DNA of 64,000 nt from an uncultured Clostridium sp. GTDB lineage: Bacteria; Bacillota; Clostridia; TANB77; CAG-508. The stretch covers positions 5,765-69,764 of the forward strand of contig CAMPBS010000004.1 of NCBI GenBank assembly GCA_946639585.1. The letters run 5' to 3'. The notes below the pieces were generated by a model that did not search any database, was not told the DNA's origin, and saw only the letters and a program-made list of their open reading frames with translations. Below, piece after piece: positions 1-9,733 of the stretch. The translations under genes and the position numbers were made by a program. Position 1 is the stretch's first letter. Each line of letters opens with the position of its first letter.

Positions 1-963
1 AAAGTATTCTTCAATTAATTGCAATAAAGCCTCACTATTTTCAGTATGATTAACCTGATTTCTAAATTCACTTGCATTTGGTAAATTTTTTGTATACCAA
101 GATACATGTTTTCTTATCTCATGTATTGCAACTTGTTCTCCTTTATGTTTTATTGAAAGTTCTATATGTTTTATCATTGCTTGTTTTCTTTCTTCTGGAG
201 TAGGTTGTGGCAATTTTTCTCCTGTTTCTAGAAAATGTTTTATATTTCTAAAAATCCATGGATTTCCTAGGCTTCCTCTACCTATCATTATTCCGTCTAC
301 TCCTGTTTTTTCAAACATTTCTAAAGCAGATTCTTCATCTACAATATTTCCATTTCCAATTACTGGTATGTTTACTGCTTCTTTTACTTTTTTTATTATT
401 TCTAAATCTACATTTCCACTAAAAAATTCTGTCCTTGTTCTTCCATGGATTGTGATTGCAGATACTCCACATTTTTCAGCTATTTTAGCAAGTTCTACTG
501 CTACTATATGGTCTTTGTCCCAACCTTTTCTGATTTTTAAAGTTACTGGAACTGTTGAGTTTTGTACTACTGCTTTGATTATTCTTTCAGCTTTTTCGAG
601 GTCTAAAAGTAATTTGCTTCCATCTCCGTTTTTTACAACTTTTGGTGCAGGACACCCCATGTTTATATCTATTATTTCTGCAAATTTACTAAACTCTTGT
701 GCAGAAAATGCCATGCTTTCTTCATCACTACCAAAGATTTGGTAACTTATTGGCCTTTTTTCTCCTGTTGTATCTATAAGCTGTTTTGTTTTTTCGTCAT
801 TGTGGAATATTGCCCTACTGCTTGCCATTTCTGTGCATACCATTCCTGCGCCTTGTTCTTTACACAAAATTCTAAAAGGCAGGTCTGTTACACCTGCCAT
901 TGGAGCTAGTATTAAATTATTTTCTAATTCTACATTTCCAATTTTTAATTTTTTTATATACAT
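1..963 (-). CDS. dusB: tRNA-dihydrouridine synthase (DusB-like); C-terminus runs off the window edge
   Basis: Minus-strand frame is open from position 1 to ATG at 963..961, preceded by a GGAGAAAC RBS. Translation MYIKKLKIGNVELENNLILAPMAGVTDLPFR...NMGCPAPKVV...IHGRTR carries Dus-family motifs. Absent from the ORF track because no stop lies in the window; the listed + ORFs 368..909 are its antisense shadows. Confidence 0.85.
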   Translation of the reverse strand, partial: MYIKKLKIGNVELENNLILAPMAGVTDLPFRILCKEQGAGMVCTEMASSRAIFHNDEKTKQLIDTTGEKRPISYQIFGSDEESMAFSAQEFSKFAEIIDINMGCPAPKVVKNGDGSKLLLDLEKAERIIKAVVQNSTVPVTLKIRKGWDKDHIVAVELAKIAEKCGVSAITIHGRTRTEFFSGNVDLEIIKKVKEAVNIPVIGNGNIVDEESALEMFEKTGVDGIMIGRGSLGNPWIFRNIKHFLETGEKLPQPTPEERKQAMIKHIELSIKHKGEQVAIHEIRKHVSWYTKNLPNASEFRNQVNHTENSEALLQLIEEYF

Positions 964-971
964 TGTTTCTC

Positions 972-2078
972 CTATTTAACAAAAATAGTTTTTTGACGTT
1001 TTCCACTTATGTTTAATAATAGTCCTATACATATAAAGCTTGTTATTAGTGAGCTTCCGCCATAACTAATGAACAATAGTGGAACACCAGTTATTGGTAA
1101 TAATCCCATTACCATTCCAATATTTTCCAACATGTGGAATAAGAATATTCCTGCTATTCCTGTTGCTATTACTGAACCTTTAGTATCTTTTGCTGTTTTT
1201 GCTATATATAGTGATTTGGTTACCAGAACTACATACAAAATTATAATTGCGCTTGAAACTACAAATCCCATTTCTTCACTAATTACCGCAAATATAAAGT
1301 CTGTAGTTTTAGGATACAAGAAACCAAGTTGAGTCTGATTTCCTTTTAATACTCCCATTCCCGTGAATTCTCCGGCTCCTATTGCAAGTTTTGATTGTAT
1401 TATATTATACCCTGCACCTCTAGGATCTGATTCTGGGTGTAAAAATACATCTATTCTTTGTTTTGCATGATCTGGCAATACAAAATTATATAATACTGGT
1501 ATTGCTATTGCTACTAATAATATTGTAACTATTATATATTTTTTATCTATTCCAGCTGTAAATAGCATCATTAAAGTTGCTACTATAAACGCTGTTGCTG
1601 TTCCATAGTCTGGCTCTTTTACAATTAGTAAAATTGGTATTCCTATTATGATTAGTATTAACAATAACCTTGAAAATTTATTTATATCTTCTTTTTGTTT
1701 TGCTTGTATTTTTGATATTACAAATGCTAAAAATAGTATTAGAAATATTTTTGCGAATTCACTTGGTTGAAAAGAGAAAAATCCTATATCAAACCAGCTA
1801 CTTGCACCATTTATAGGCCTTGTAAATAATACCGCTACCAGTAATATTAAAAAGACTATATAAAAAATTGGTGATGCTTTTACTATTTTTTCATAGTCTA
1901 TTACTGCAAATATAACCATTATCCCCAAGCTTATTCCAAGCCATAATAGTTGTTTGTAAAATGAGTCATAATTTGAATTTTGAGTTGCAGAAAAAAGTGC
2001 AACTAAACCTATGGCACATAAAATGAGGGCTATTATTAAAACCCACCATTCCATATTTTTTAATTCTCTTTTTCTCAT
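972..2078 (-). CDS. rodA: FtsW/RodA/SpoVE-family peptidoglycan polymerase, RodA by context next to minDE
   Basis: 368 aa polytopic membrane protein with SEDS-family motifs (PDYGTA, EEMGF, LPITGVPLLFISYGGSS). Sits immediately downstream of minD-minE. Confidence 0.85.
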   Translation of the reverse strand: MRKRELKNMEWWVLIIALILCAIGLVALFSATQNSNYDSFYKQLLWLGISLGIMVIFAVIDYEKIVKASPIFYIVFLILLVAVLFTRPINGASSWFDIGFFSFQPSEFAKIFLILFLAFVISKIQAKQKEDINKFSRLLLILIIIGIPILLIVKEPDYGTATAFIVATLMMLFTAGIDKKYIIVTILLVAIAIPVLYNFVLPDHAKQRIDVFLHPESDPRGAGYNIIQSKLAIGAGEFTGMGVLKGNQTQLGFLYPKTTDFIFAVISEEMGFVVSSAIIILYVVLVTKSLYIAKTAKDTKGSVIATGIAGIFLFHMLENIGMVMGLLPITGVPLLFISYGGSSLITSFICIGLLLNISGKRQKTIFVK

Positions 2079-2092
2079 TTTAAAATTCCTTT

Positions 2093-2683
2093 TTAATTAT
2101 TTTCTGTAGTAAGTTCTTCGTTTTCGTTTTGTTCTACATTTTCTTCTTTGCTATCACTATTTTCTGAGTTTTCTTCTTTGCTTTCGTTTTGTTCTACTTC
2201 TTCTTCCTTTTTCTCTTCTTTTTTATTTTCGTTTTCTTCTTTGCTATTTTCCTTATTTTCTATTTTTTCAGGTTGCTCATCTGATTTAACTTCTTCTTCA
2301 ACCTCTTTTTTAATCTCTTCTTTTACTTCTTCTTTTTTATCTTCTACTTTATTTTCTTTTATTTTTGAACTATCTACTTTTCTTGCTTCGTTTTTTATAT
2401 TTAAAATGGGAATATTAGCATATAATGCTGGCGCACCATTTGTTCCATCTTCATTTTCTATATTTGTTAATCTAACATCTATTGACTTTTCATCTACTTC
2501 TATATATTTTTTTATTACTTCTATTATTTCATGTCTCATTAAATCCAAAAAGTCTGCTGAAACATTGGCTCTATCTTGCATTAGAACTAATTGCAATCTT
2601 TCTTTTGCTGCACTTTTTGAATCTGTAATTTTCTTGTCTTCTTGTTTTGCTTTTTTGAAAAACTTAAATATGTTTTCAAACAT
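2093..2683 (-). CDS. minE: Cell division topological specificity factor MinE with about 95 aa Glu/Lys/Asn-rich C-terminal extension
   Basis: The N-terminal ~100 aa (FKFFKK...AKERLQLVLMQDR...DLMRHEIIEVIKKYIEVD) match MinE. The remainder is a low-complexity acidic tail. Downstream of minD. Confidence 0.85.
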   Translation of the reverse strand: MFENIFKFFKKAKQEDKKITDSKSAAKERLQLVLMQDRANVSADFLDLMRHEIIEVIKKYIEVDEKSIDVRLTNIENEDGTNGAPALYANIPILNIKNEARKVDSSKIKENKVEDKKEEVKEEIKKEVEEEVKSDEQPEKIENKENSKEENENKKEEKKEEEVEQNESKEENSENSDSKEENVEQNENEELTTENN

Positions 2684-2711
2684 TGTCCACTACTCCTTCG
2701 TTTATAATTTC

Positions 2712-3506
2712 TTATTTTCTTCCAAATAATTTTTTTAATTTTGCAAAAAAGCCTTTTTCTCTGCCTGGTATTGTTACTTCTATTTTTTCTCCTAATACTC
2801 TTTTTGCTATTTCTATGTATGCTTTACCAGATGGAGCTTTTCTATTTTGAATTACAGGTTCACCTTTATTTGTTTGTGTTATTATGTATTCATCATCTGG
2901 AACTACACCAATAAGGTCGATTGATAAAAGGTCAACAATGTCATCTACATCCATCATTTCACCTTTTCTTACCATGTTTGGTCTAATTCTATTTATTACT
3001 AATTCTGGATTTTTTAAATCTGATGATTCTAATAATCCTATAATTCTGTCTGCATCTCTTATTGCTGATATTTCTGCTGTTGTTACTACTATTGCTCTAT
3101 TAGCTCCTGCTATTGCGTTTTTAAATCCTTGTTCTATTCCTGCTGGGCAATCGATTAAAATATAATCAAATTCTTCTTTTAGTGTATTTGTTAATTCTTT
3201 CATTTGTTCTTCATTTACTGCGCTTTTATCTCTTGTTTGGGCTGCTGGTAGTAGGTATAATTCTTTGAATCTTTTATCTTTTATTAGGGCTTGTCTTAGT
3301 TTGCATTTTTTTTCTACAACATCTACTATGTCGTATACTATTCTATTTTCAAGTCCCATTACAACGTCTAGGTTTCTTAATCCAATATCTGTATCTACAA
3401 GACAAACTTTTTTGCCTTCTACGGCTAAGCTTGATCCAAGATTTGCAGTTGTTGTTGTTTTTCCTACTCCACCTTTACCTGATGTTATAACAATTACTTC
3501 TCCCAT
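2712..3506 (-). CDS. minD: Septum site-determining ATPase MinD
   Basis: Deviant Walker A GKGGVGKTT, 264 aa, C-terminal amphipathic helix KGFFAKLKKLFG. Followed by minE. Confidence 0.95.
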   Translation of the reverse strand: MGEVIVITSGKGGVGKTTTTANLGSSLAVEGKKVCLVDTDIGLRNLDVVMGLENRIVYDIVDVVEKKCKLRQALIKDKRFKELYLLPAAQTRDKSAVNEEQMKELTNTLKEEFDYILIDCPAGIEQGFKNAIAGANRAIVVTTAEISAIRDADRIIGLLESSDLKNPELVINRIRPNMVRKGEMMDVDDIVDLLSIDLIGVVPDDEYIITQTNKGEPVIQNRKAPSGKAYIEIAKRVLGEKIEVTIPGREKGFFAKLKKLFGRK

Positions 3507-3607
3507 AATTTTTTCCTTTCTAGGTTTTTGATTTAAAAACGATTATTTCGCTTTTTATGGTATAATAATACAACGAATTTGGCAAAATGTCAATGAATTC
3601 AACATAA

Positions 3608-3645
3608 AAAAACCAAAAACTCATGTAGCTAGTTTTTGGTTTTTT
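3608..3645 (-). terminator. Rho-independent terminator after the LPKTG protein gene
   Basis: Minus strand AACCAAAAACT-loop-AGTTTTTGGTT followed by TTTTATG, directly after the stop at 3656. Confidence 0.6.
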
Positions 3646-3655
3646 ATTTATTTTT

Positions 3656-4675
3656 TTACATTCCTGTTTTAGGTAATTTTTTCACAACAGGTTTTATTTC
3701 TTCCTTTGGTTTTTCTTCTTCTTTTTTCTCTTCCCTCTTTTCAATTTTCTTATAATCATCTTCTATATTTCCTTCGCCATTTTCATATTCAAATCCTGTA
3801 AGAGCATAATCTTGATATTCTGGATTTGGTGCTGTTCCATAGATTATAGGCTTTGTTTTTAATTCCGATTTTACATTTAATTTGAATCTTCCATCTGAAG
3901 TTAAAGATGATATCGGAATTATGATTTTGAATTTTTCTCCTTTATTAAATTCTGTTTTTTCTTTATTATTTAAATCGACAATTTTTATTTCTTTTGGTAA
4001 TTCATTTTTTTCTGTTTTTTCTATATTTATAAAGAATTTTTTGAAATCTGCATTGGCTTTTACGCTATAAGTTTTTGATACGTATTCATTGTTTATCGTA
4101 TCTTCTGACCATTCTGTTTTTGGCTTTTCTATGCTTATACTTGTTTCCAACTTTGTTTCTGTTGAATTTTGAGCATTTTCAACTATTATTTTTAATGCAT
4201 TCAATGTTCTTTCGCCAGCTTCTCCTATTGCTTCATAATCATCTGGATTGTTTCCATGAATATAGCAATATATTGCTTGTTTTGTTGCTGTAAATGCTTC
4301 ATATTTGTTGGCACACCCTAGTTCTTCTATTGTTTTATATGGATAACCATTTATAATTCTTCTCCATAATCCTACATCTGTTACATAATCATTTGTAGAA
4401 ACCGCATATGCATCAACTTTTCCAACTCCTTTTAAATTTCTATTTAAACAATATGCTGGGTATGTGTTGCCATTACTACTATTGTAAGTTACATATACTG
4501 TAATCACTTGTGATCCTTGAAATTTTAGTAATGCTCCGCAATCTCCTTCGTTTTGTAATTGAATATTTTTGCCTAAATCTGTGGCATACACACTATTTGC
4601 AAGTCCTAAAAAGTTCATTGCAAGTGTTACAAACATTGTCATTAGTGCTAGTATTATTTTTTTAATTTTTTTCAT
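3656..4675 (-). CDS. Secreted thioester-domain (TQXA-like) surface protein ending in LPKTGM
   Basis: Signal peptide MKKIKKIILALMTMFVTLAMNFLGLANSVYA. Candidate thioester Cys in PAYCLNRN and Gln in TATKQAIY. Lys/Glu-rich stalk, then LPKTG two residues before the stop. RBS AAAGGAG lies inside the end of the upstream sortase gene. Confidence 0.6.
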   Translation of the reverse strand: MKKIKKIILALMTMFVTLAMNFLGLANSVYATDLGKNIQLQNEGDCGALLKFQGSQVITVYVTYNSSNGNTYPAYCLNRNLKGVGKVDAYAVSTNDYVTDVGLWRRIINGYPYKTIEELGCANKYEAFTATKQAIYCYIHGNNPDDYEAIGEAGERTLNALKIIVENAQNSTETKLETSISIEKPKTEWSEDTINNEYVSKTYSVKANADFKKFFINIEKTEKNELPKEIKIVDLNNKEKTEFNKGEKFKIIIPISSLTSDGRFKLNVKSELKTKPIIYGTAPNPEYQDYALTGFEYENGEGNIEDDYKKIEKREEKKEEEKPKEEIKPVVKKLPKTGM

Positions 4676-4680
4676 ATTTT

Positions 4681-5382
4681 TTACTCCTTTTCTATTCCTT
4701 GAATTATTCTCCTATAATTAGGTTCATTCTCTACACACGTAATAAGCGTAATCCTGTTATCTTCAGTATTTTCTAGTAAACTCCAATCCTCATCACTTAT
4801 AATCTTTAAAGTTTTCACAACATACCTTTTTTCAAATTCCTTATATTTATAAATGATTTCGTCTCCTTCTTTTAGCTTTTTCAAGTCATGAAAGTAATTT
4901 ACTTTATATCCTCTGTTATGTGCTGCTAGTCCTATATTCCCTTCTCTTTTAACTGTTTCTTCAAAGTGTCCAACATATTCATCCATTACCTCTTTGGTTG
5001 TTCCTTCTTCAATAAGGGCATTTAAGTTAATCGCTGGAATTTCAATTTGCCACACAAAATCACGCTTTTTGTTTTGATTTTTTTCTTCGTTTTTTGTTTC
5101 TTGCTTGTTTTCTTGATCGTCAATATTTGCAACAATTGGCTGATTTTCTTGTTGCTGGTTTTCATTTTGCTGGCTTGTATTTAGTTTTTTTTCGTTTTGA
5201 TTAGATATTATTAAATTATTTTCATTTTCTATGTCTTTGGATATTTGTTGAATTTTACTAGATACTGAAAATTTCTGAATTTTATTTTCTACGTTTGAAA
5301 TCTGATTGTTTAAAAAACAAAATATTATTATTGAAATAATTAAACTTATTACATTTACATATCTCTTTGTAAAGCTAATCAT
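4681..5382 (-). CDS. Sortase (TLITC active site), membrane anchored
   Basis: N-terminal TM segment, a Gln/Asn/Glu-rich linker, and a catalytic domain with AAHNRG His, TLITC Cys and a downstream RR. Confidence 0.85.
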   Translation of the reverse strand: MISFTKRYVNVISLIISIIIFCFLNNQISNVENKIQKFSVSSKIQQISKDIENENNLIISNQNEKKLNTSQQNENQQQENQPIVANIDDQENKQETKNEEKNQNKKRDFVWQIEIPAINLNALIEEGTTKEVMDEYVGHFEETVKREGNIGLAAHNRGYKVNYFHDLKKLKEGDEIIYKYKEFEKRYVVKTLKIISDEDWSLLENTEDNRITLITCVENEPNYRRIIQGIEKE

Positions 5383-5604
5383 ACATATTGCTTCACCTAC
5401 TTTCTTTGAATAACTGAAATTATTAGTTCTTATTCATTTTTAAATTTTGGGAAATTATAGATTAAATTTTTTGAAAAAATTTGATTTGTTTTAAGCTTTT
5501 GACTAAAAAACTATGCTTAAAATTATATCTTGCAATTATGTTACCACATTATTTTGATTTTGTAAAGAATTTTTCATCGACAAAATTCGACAAAAGTTCC
5601 AAAA

Positions 5605-6246
5605 TCATATTAAAATATCGGAAAAATTAGAAACTGGAATTGCTCCATCTTTGATTAAATTATTTGTACCAACTGAATTTAATGAATTTATATTTCCTGG
5701 AACAGCATAGACTTCTTTTCCTTGTTCCATTGCAAATTCTGCTGTAATTAAAGAACCACTTTTTTCTTTTGCTTCTACTACCAAAACTGCTCTGCTCATT
5801 CCACTAATAATACGATTTCTTGCAGGAAAATGTTCTTTCTCTGGTCTTACTCCTAAAGGATATTCTGAAATAATTACTCCACCTTGTTCTATTATTTTTT
5901 TAGCTAATTGTTCATTTTCTTTGGGATAGATTATATCTAATCCGCTTCCTATTACTGCAATTGTTTTTCCGTTTGCTTGCAAGGCTCCAATATGTGAATA
6001 GCTATCAATTCCTTTTGCTAATCCACTTATAATGTTTATATTTTGTTTTGCAAGATTGTAAGCAAAATATGTTGCTGCTTTTTTTCCATATTCTGTTGCT
6101 TCTCTACAACCAACTATTGCTATGCCTTGATTATTTAAGATTTCAACATTTCCCATTACATACAAGCACTTTGGCGGGTCATAAATTTGTTTTAAAAGTT
6201 CTGGATATTTCTCATTTTCAATTGTAATCCTTTTAATATCGTTCAA
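5605..6246 (-). CDS. dprA: DNA processing protein DprA, short form (Rossmann-like core only)
   Basis: 213 aa with GLAKGIDSYSH and PARNRIISG motifs typical of DprA. No N-terminal SAM or C-terminal winged-helix extension is evident. Confidence 0.8.
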   Translation of the reverse strand: MNDIKRITIENEKYPELLKQIYDPPKCLYVMGNVEILNNQGIAIVGCREATEYGKKAATYFAYNLAKQNINIISGLAKGIDSYSHIGALQANGKTIAVIGSGLDIIYPKENEQLAKKIIEQGGVIISEYPLGVRPEKEHFPARNRIISGMSRAVLVVEAKEKSGSLITAEFAMEQGKEVYAVPGNINSLNSVGTNNLIKDGAIPVSNFSDILI

Positions 6247-6321
6247 ATTATCACACTCCTTTCTTAATTTGCATATTTATAACATGGATTTTTAAATTTG
6301 TAAAGACTTATAATTATAAAA

Positions 6322-6460
6322 AGCAAAATATATTAATTTTAAAACCCGCGTAAGCGACTAACCGGAGCGAAGCGCAGGGCGACTGGAGCAACTTACAGAA
6401 TAGTATTTTAAAAATCTGGAAGTTGCGACACCAAGGGTTTAAAAATTAATATATTTTGCT
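6322..6460 (+). repeat. Palindromic GC-core element, family A, copy 1 (139 bp)
   Basis: 26-nt AT-rich arms AGCAAAATATATTAATTTTAAAACCC / GGGTTTAAAAATTAATATATTTTGCT flank a GC-rich core (GCGTAAGCGAC...AGCGAAGCGCAGGGCGACTGGAGCAA...). A near-identical core occurs in reverse orientation at 11305..11443. Confidence 0.75.
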
Positions 6461-6475
6461 AAATTATTTACAAAT

Positions 6476-7858
6476 TTAAAATTCCATTTTAGAATCTAAC
6501 CAAGCTTTTAAATCAGCAATTGCAATTCTTTCTTGTTCCATTGTATCTCTATCACGAACTGTAACTTGTCCATCTTCTAATGTATCAAAGTCAATTGTTA
6601 CACAATATGGTGTTCCAATTTCGTCTTCTCTTCTATAACGCTTTCCAATAGAACCAGCTTCATCATAGTCACATGGGAAGTATTTTGAAAGTTCTTCATA
6701 CACTTCTTCTGCTTTTTCACTTAGCTTTTTAGAAAGTGGAAGTACTGCAACTTTGAATGGTGCTATTGCTGGATGTAAATGTAATACAACTCTTGAATCT
6801 CCTTCTCCTAAGTCTTGTTCTTCATAACCATTGCATAAAAATGCTAATGCTAATCTATCAACACCTACTGATGGCTCAATTACATAAGGAATGTATCTTT
6901 CATTTGTTTCAACATCTAAGTATGACATATCTGTTTTTGCATGTTCTTGGTGTCTTGTTAAGTCATAGTCTGTTCTATCTGCAATTCCCCATAATTCTCC
7001 CCATCCAAATGGATATAAGAATTCAATATCTGTTGTTGCTTTACTATAGAATACTAATTCTTCTTTTTCATGTTTTCTATATCTTACATTTTCTTTCTTT
7101 AAACCTAAGTTTAATAAGAAGTCTAAGCAATATTTTTCCCAATAATCAAACCATTCCATATCTGTTCCTGGTTTGCAGAAAAATTCATATTCCATTTGTT
7201 CGAATTCTCTTATCCTGAATGTGAAGTTTCCTGGTGTTATTTCATTTCTGAAGGCTTTACCTATTTGTCCCATTCCCATTGGAACTTTTTTTCTTGATGT
7301 TCTCATTACATTTTTGAAGTTTACAAATATTCCTTGGCATGTTTCTGGTCTTAAATATACTGTTGAGCTTGAATCTTCTGTTACTCCTTGGAATGTTTTG
7401 AACATTAAGTTGAATTGTCTTATTCCTGTGAAATCATGTTTTCCACAGTTTGGGCAATTAATTCCATTGTCATCTATATATTTAACTAATGCTTCATTGC
7501 TCATTCCATCTGCACACATGTCTATTCCATTTTCTTGTGCCCAGCTTTCTATTAATTTATCTGCTCTATGTCTTGTTTTACAAGCTTTACAGTCAATTAG
7601 TGGGTCATTAAATGTAGATACGTGTCCTGTAGCTACCCATGTTTCTGGGTTCATTATTATTGCAGCATCTAATCCTACTGAATCTTTTCTTTCTTGGATG
7701 AATTTTTTCATCCATGTTTTTTTTACATTGTTTTTTAATTCTACTCCTAAAGGGCCGTAGTCCCAACTATTTGCTAGTCCTCCATAAATTTCTGAGCCTG
7801 GATATATAAATCCTCTATTTTTACATAAGCTCACAATTTTGTCCATTGATTCTACCAT
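6476..7858 (-). CDS. glyQS: Glycine--tRNA ligase, homodimeric alpha2 type
   Basis: 460 aa and full-length. Class II aaRS motifs, and a T-box leader upstream. Confidence 0.95.
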   Translation of the reverse strand: MVESMDKIVSLCKNRGFIYPGSEIYGGLANSWDYGPLGVELKNNVKKTWMKKFIQERKDSVGLDAAIIMNPETWVATGHVSTFNDPLIDCKACKTRHRADKLIESWAQENGIDMCADGMSNEALVKYIDDNGINCPNCGKHDFTGIRQFNLMFKTFQGVTEDSSSTVYLRPETCQGIFVNFKNVMRTSRKKVPMGMGQIGKAFRNEITPGNFTFRIREFEQMEYEFFCKPGTDMEWFDYWEKYCLDFLLNLGLKKENVRYRKHEKEELVFYSKATTDIEFLYPFGWGELWGIADRTDYDLTRHQEHAKTDMSYLDVETNERYIPYVIEPSVGVDRLALAFLCNGYEEQDLGEGDSRVVLHLHPAIAPFKVAVLPLSKKLSEKAEEVYEELSKYFPCDYDEAGSIGKRYRREDEIGTPYCVTIDFDTLEDGQVTVRDRDTMEQERIAIADLKAWLDSKMEF

Positions 7859-7865
7859 ATAAAAT

Positions 7866-8093
7866 TCCTCCTATCTTTGCTAGGTAACAAAAAAACTCCC
7901 ATTCCTAGCATATTAAAATTTGCTAGGGACGAAAGTTATATTTCCGCGTTTCCACCCTAATTGATATAATAATATATCCACCTTAATTTATTTAATTTAT
8001 GCTCAAAAGCTCCACCATATATCTAAAATTACAAGTATTCCACCATCACTTGCTCTCTAAAAATTTCAAAATATATTTCTTCTTTCTCATCGC
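7866..8093 (-). promoter_or_regulatory. T-box riboswitch leader of glyQS, with promoter at 8128..8100
   Basis: On the minus strand: stem I TGCGATGAGAAAGAAG, an AGAGAG box, GGTGGA, the T-box core AATTAGGGTGGAAACGCGG, then the terminator TCCCTAGCA...TGCTAGGAATGGGAGTTTTTTT. Promoter TTGCAA-17-TAATAT upstream. Confidence 0.8.
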
Positions 8094-8146
8094 ATTATTA
8101 TATTAACACATATTAGCTTATTTTGCAATATTTTTTTGATATTTCA

Positions 8147-8986
8147 TTACATTTTTGCTGCTTTTATAACATTGTTCATAAGCATAGCTATTGTCATAGG
8201 TCCTACTCCGCCTGGGACTGGTGTAATGTAACTTGATTTTTTACTTACATTTTCAAAATCAACATCTCCACAAAGTTTGCCATCTTCTCCTCTGTTGATT
8301 CCAACATCTATTACAACTGCGCCATCTTTTACCATATCTGCTTTTAGGAATTTAGCTCTGCCTATTGCAACTATAACAATGTCTGCTTTTTTAGTGTATT
8401 CTGCTATATCTTTTGTTCTTGAATGACAAACTGTTACTGTTGCATTTTTGTTTAAACAACATTGAATTAGAGGTTTTCCTACAATGTTACTTCTACCAAT
8501 TATTACAACATTTTTTCCTTCTAAGTCTATATTGTATTCTTCAAACATTTTTATAACACCATAAGGTGTGCATGAAACGAAAGTATCTTGTCCAAGTGTT
8601 AGTTTACCTACGCTTACAGGATGAAATCCATCTACATCTTTTTTAGGTGATATTGTTCTAAATGCTTCGTTTATATCTAAATGTGCAGGAATTGGGCTTT
8701 GTAGCAATATTCCTGTAATATCTTCTCTTTCATTTAGTTCTTCGATTAAAGATATTAAATCTTTTTGTGTTGTTTTTTCATCCAGTAGAAATTCTTCGTA
8801 TTCTATACCAACTTCTTCACATGCCTTGCTTTTATTTCTTACATATACTTTTGAAGCTGGATTATCTCCAACCATTATTACTGCTAATTTTGGTACGATT
8901 CCTTGTGCTTTTAGATTATCACAATCTATTTTTAAATTTTGTCTTGTTTTTCTTGCTAATTCTTTTCCATCAATTATTGTTGCCAT
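8147..8986 (-). CDS. folD: Bifunctional methylenetetrahydrofolate dehydrogenase/cyclohydrolase
   Basis: 279 aa with typical FolD sequence (VGDNPASKVYVRNK, GRSNIVGKP, PVPGGVGPMT). Confidence 0.95.
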   Translation of the reverse strand: MATIIDGKELARKTRQNLKIDCDNLKAQGIVPKLAVIMVGDNPASKVYVRNKSKACEEVGIEYEEFLLDEKTTQKDLISLIEELNEREDITGILLQSPIPAHLDINEAFRTISPKKDVDGFHPVSVGKLTLGQDTFVSCTPYGVIKMFEEYNIDLEGKNVVIIGRSNIVGKPLIQCCLNKNATVTVCHSRTKDIAEYTKKADIVIVAIGRAKFLKADMVKDGAVVIDVGINRGEDGKLCGDVDFENVSKKSSYITPVPGGVGPMTIAMLMNNVIKAAKM

Positions 8987-9088
8987 GTTTATTTCTCCTT
9001 AATTCTTATGTTCTTTTGTAATATATAACAAATATAATAAAAAAACAAGCGAACATATAAAAAAAATCTCGAATTATTTTCGAGATTT

Positions 9089-9703
9089 TTAATTTGTTAC
9101 AAATGTTGTTCCTTCTTCTTTTTCTCTTATGGATGTAACTTGAATCGCTGGTATTTCAGCATCATACGAAATATCTTTTCCAATAACCCCAATCACTTCT
9201 ACCCAAGTTTTAACTTCTGGATATTCTCCATCATATCTTATATCTAATCCTGCTAATCCGTCATTACCACAACATCCTGGAGTGTTTCTAACAATTGAAT
9301 AACATATTTCGCCATCGTTATCTGAATAACTAAATAAAAAGCCTTCTATTTTTACAGTTTTTCCTAAATAATCCTTTAAATTGTAATATATATCATTAGT
9401 TTGCTCTATAAAGAAATTATCTTTTATTTCTAAAATATTGTTCATATCTGGTTCTACTTTTTGATTGGTTCTTCTTATTTTTCCTTCTTTCACTTCTGTT
9501 GTGGTTTCTGGTAGCTCATTCGTTGCAAATGTTTCACTATTTGAATTATTTTCTGTAATACTTATTTTTTCTTCTGCTACATTATTAGCATTTACAAAAA
9601 TAAATACAATTCCTATAACCAAAATTATTAAAATTATAATCATAATTATTTTCTTTGGTTTCATTTTTATCACGCTCTTTCTGACGTAAATTTTATTTTT
9701 CAT
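9089..9703 (-). CDS. Single-pass membrane protein with DUF1980/TIGR03943-like C-terminal domain (GCCGND motif), last gene of the zinc operon
   Basis: TM segment KIIMIIILIILVIGIVFIF. The C-terminal domain has PGCCGNDGLAG, resembling the CC motif of YcgQ-type proteins. The true start is possibly the internal MKPKK. Confidence 0.4.
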   Translation of the reverse strand: MKNKIYVRKSVIKMKPKKIIMIIILIILVIGIVFIFVNANNVAEEKISITENNSNSETFATNELPETTTEVKEGKIRRTNQKVEPDMNNILEIKDNFFIEQTNDIYYNLKDYLGKTVKIEGFLFSYSDNDGEICYSIVRNTPGCCGNDGLAGLDIRYDGEYPEVKTWVEVIGVIGKDISYDAEIPAIQVTSIREKEEGTTFVTN

Positions 9704-9704
9704 G

Positions 9705-9728
9705 CTTTTAGGGAGTGTCCCAAAAAGT
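9705..9728. repeat. Short GGGA-N-TCCC hairpin motif (family C half-site)
   Basis: CTTTTAGGGAGTGTCCCAAAAAGT is the reverse complement of ACTTTTTGGGACACTCCCTAAAA at 46325..46347. Confidence 0.5.
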
Positions 9729-9733
9729 ATGAA

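Noticed and set aside
368-909. Plus-strand ORFs 368..745 and 697..909
   Set aside because: They lie antisense to a clearly conserved DusB reading frame, and their translations are low-complexity with no motifs.
2148-2729. 193-aa plus-strand ORF rich in Ser/Phe/Leu
   Set aside because: Antisense shadow of the Glu/Lys-rich codon repeats of the minE tail.
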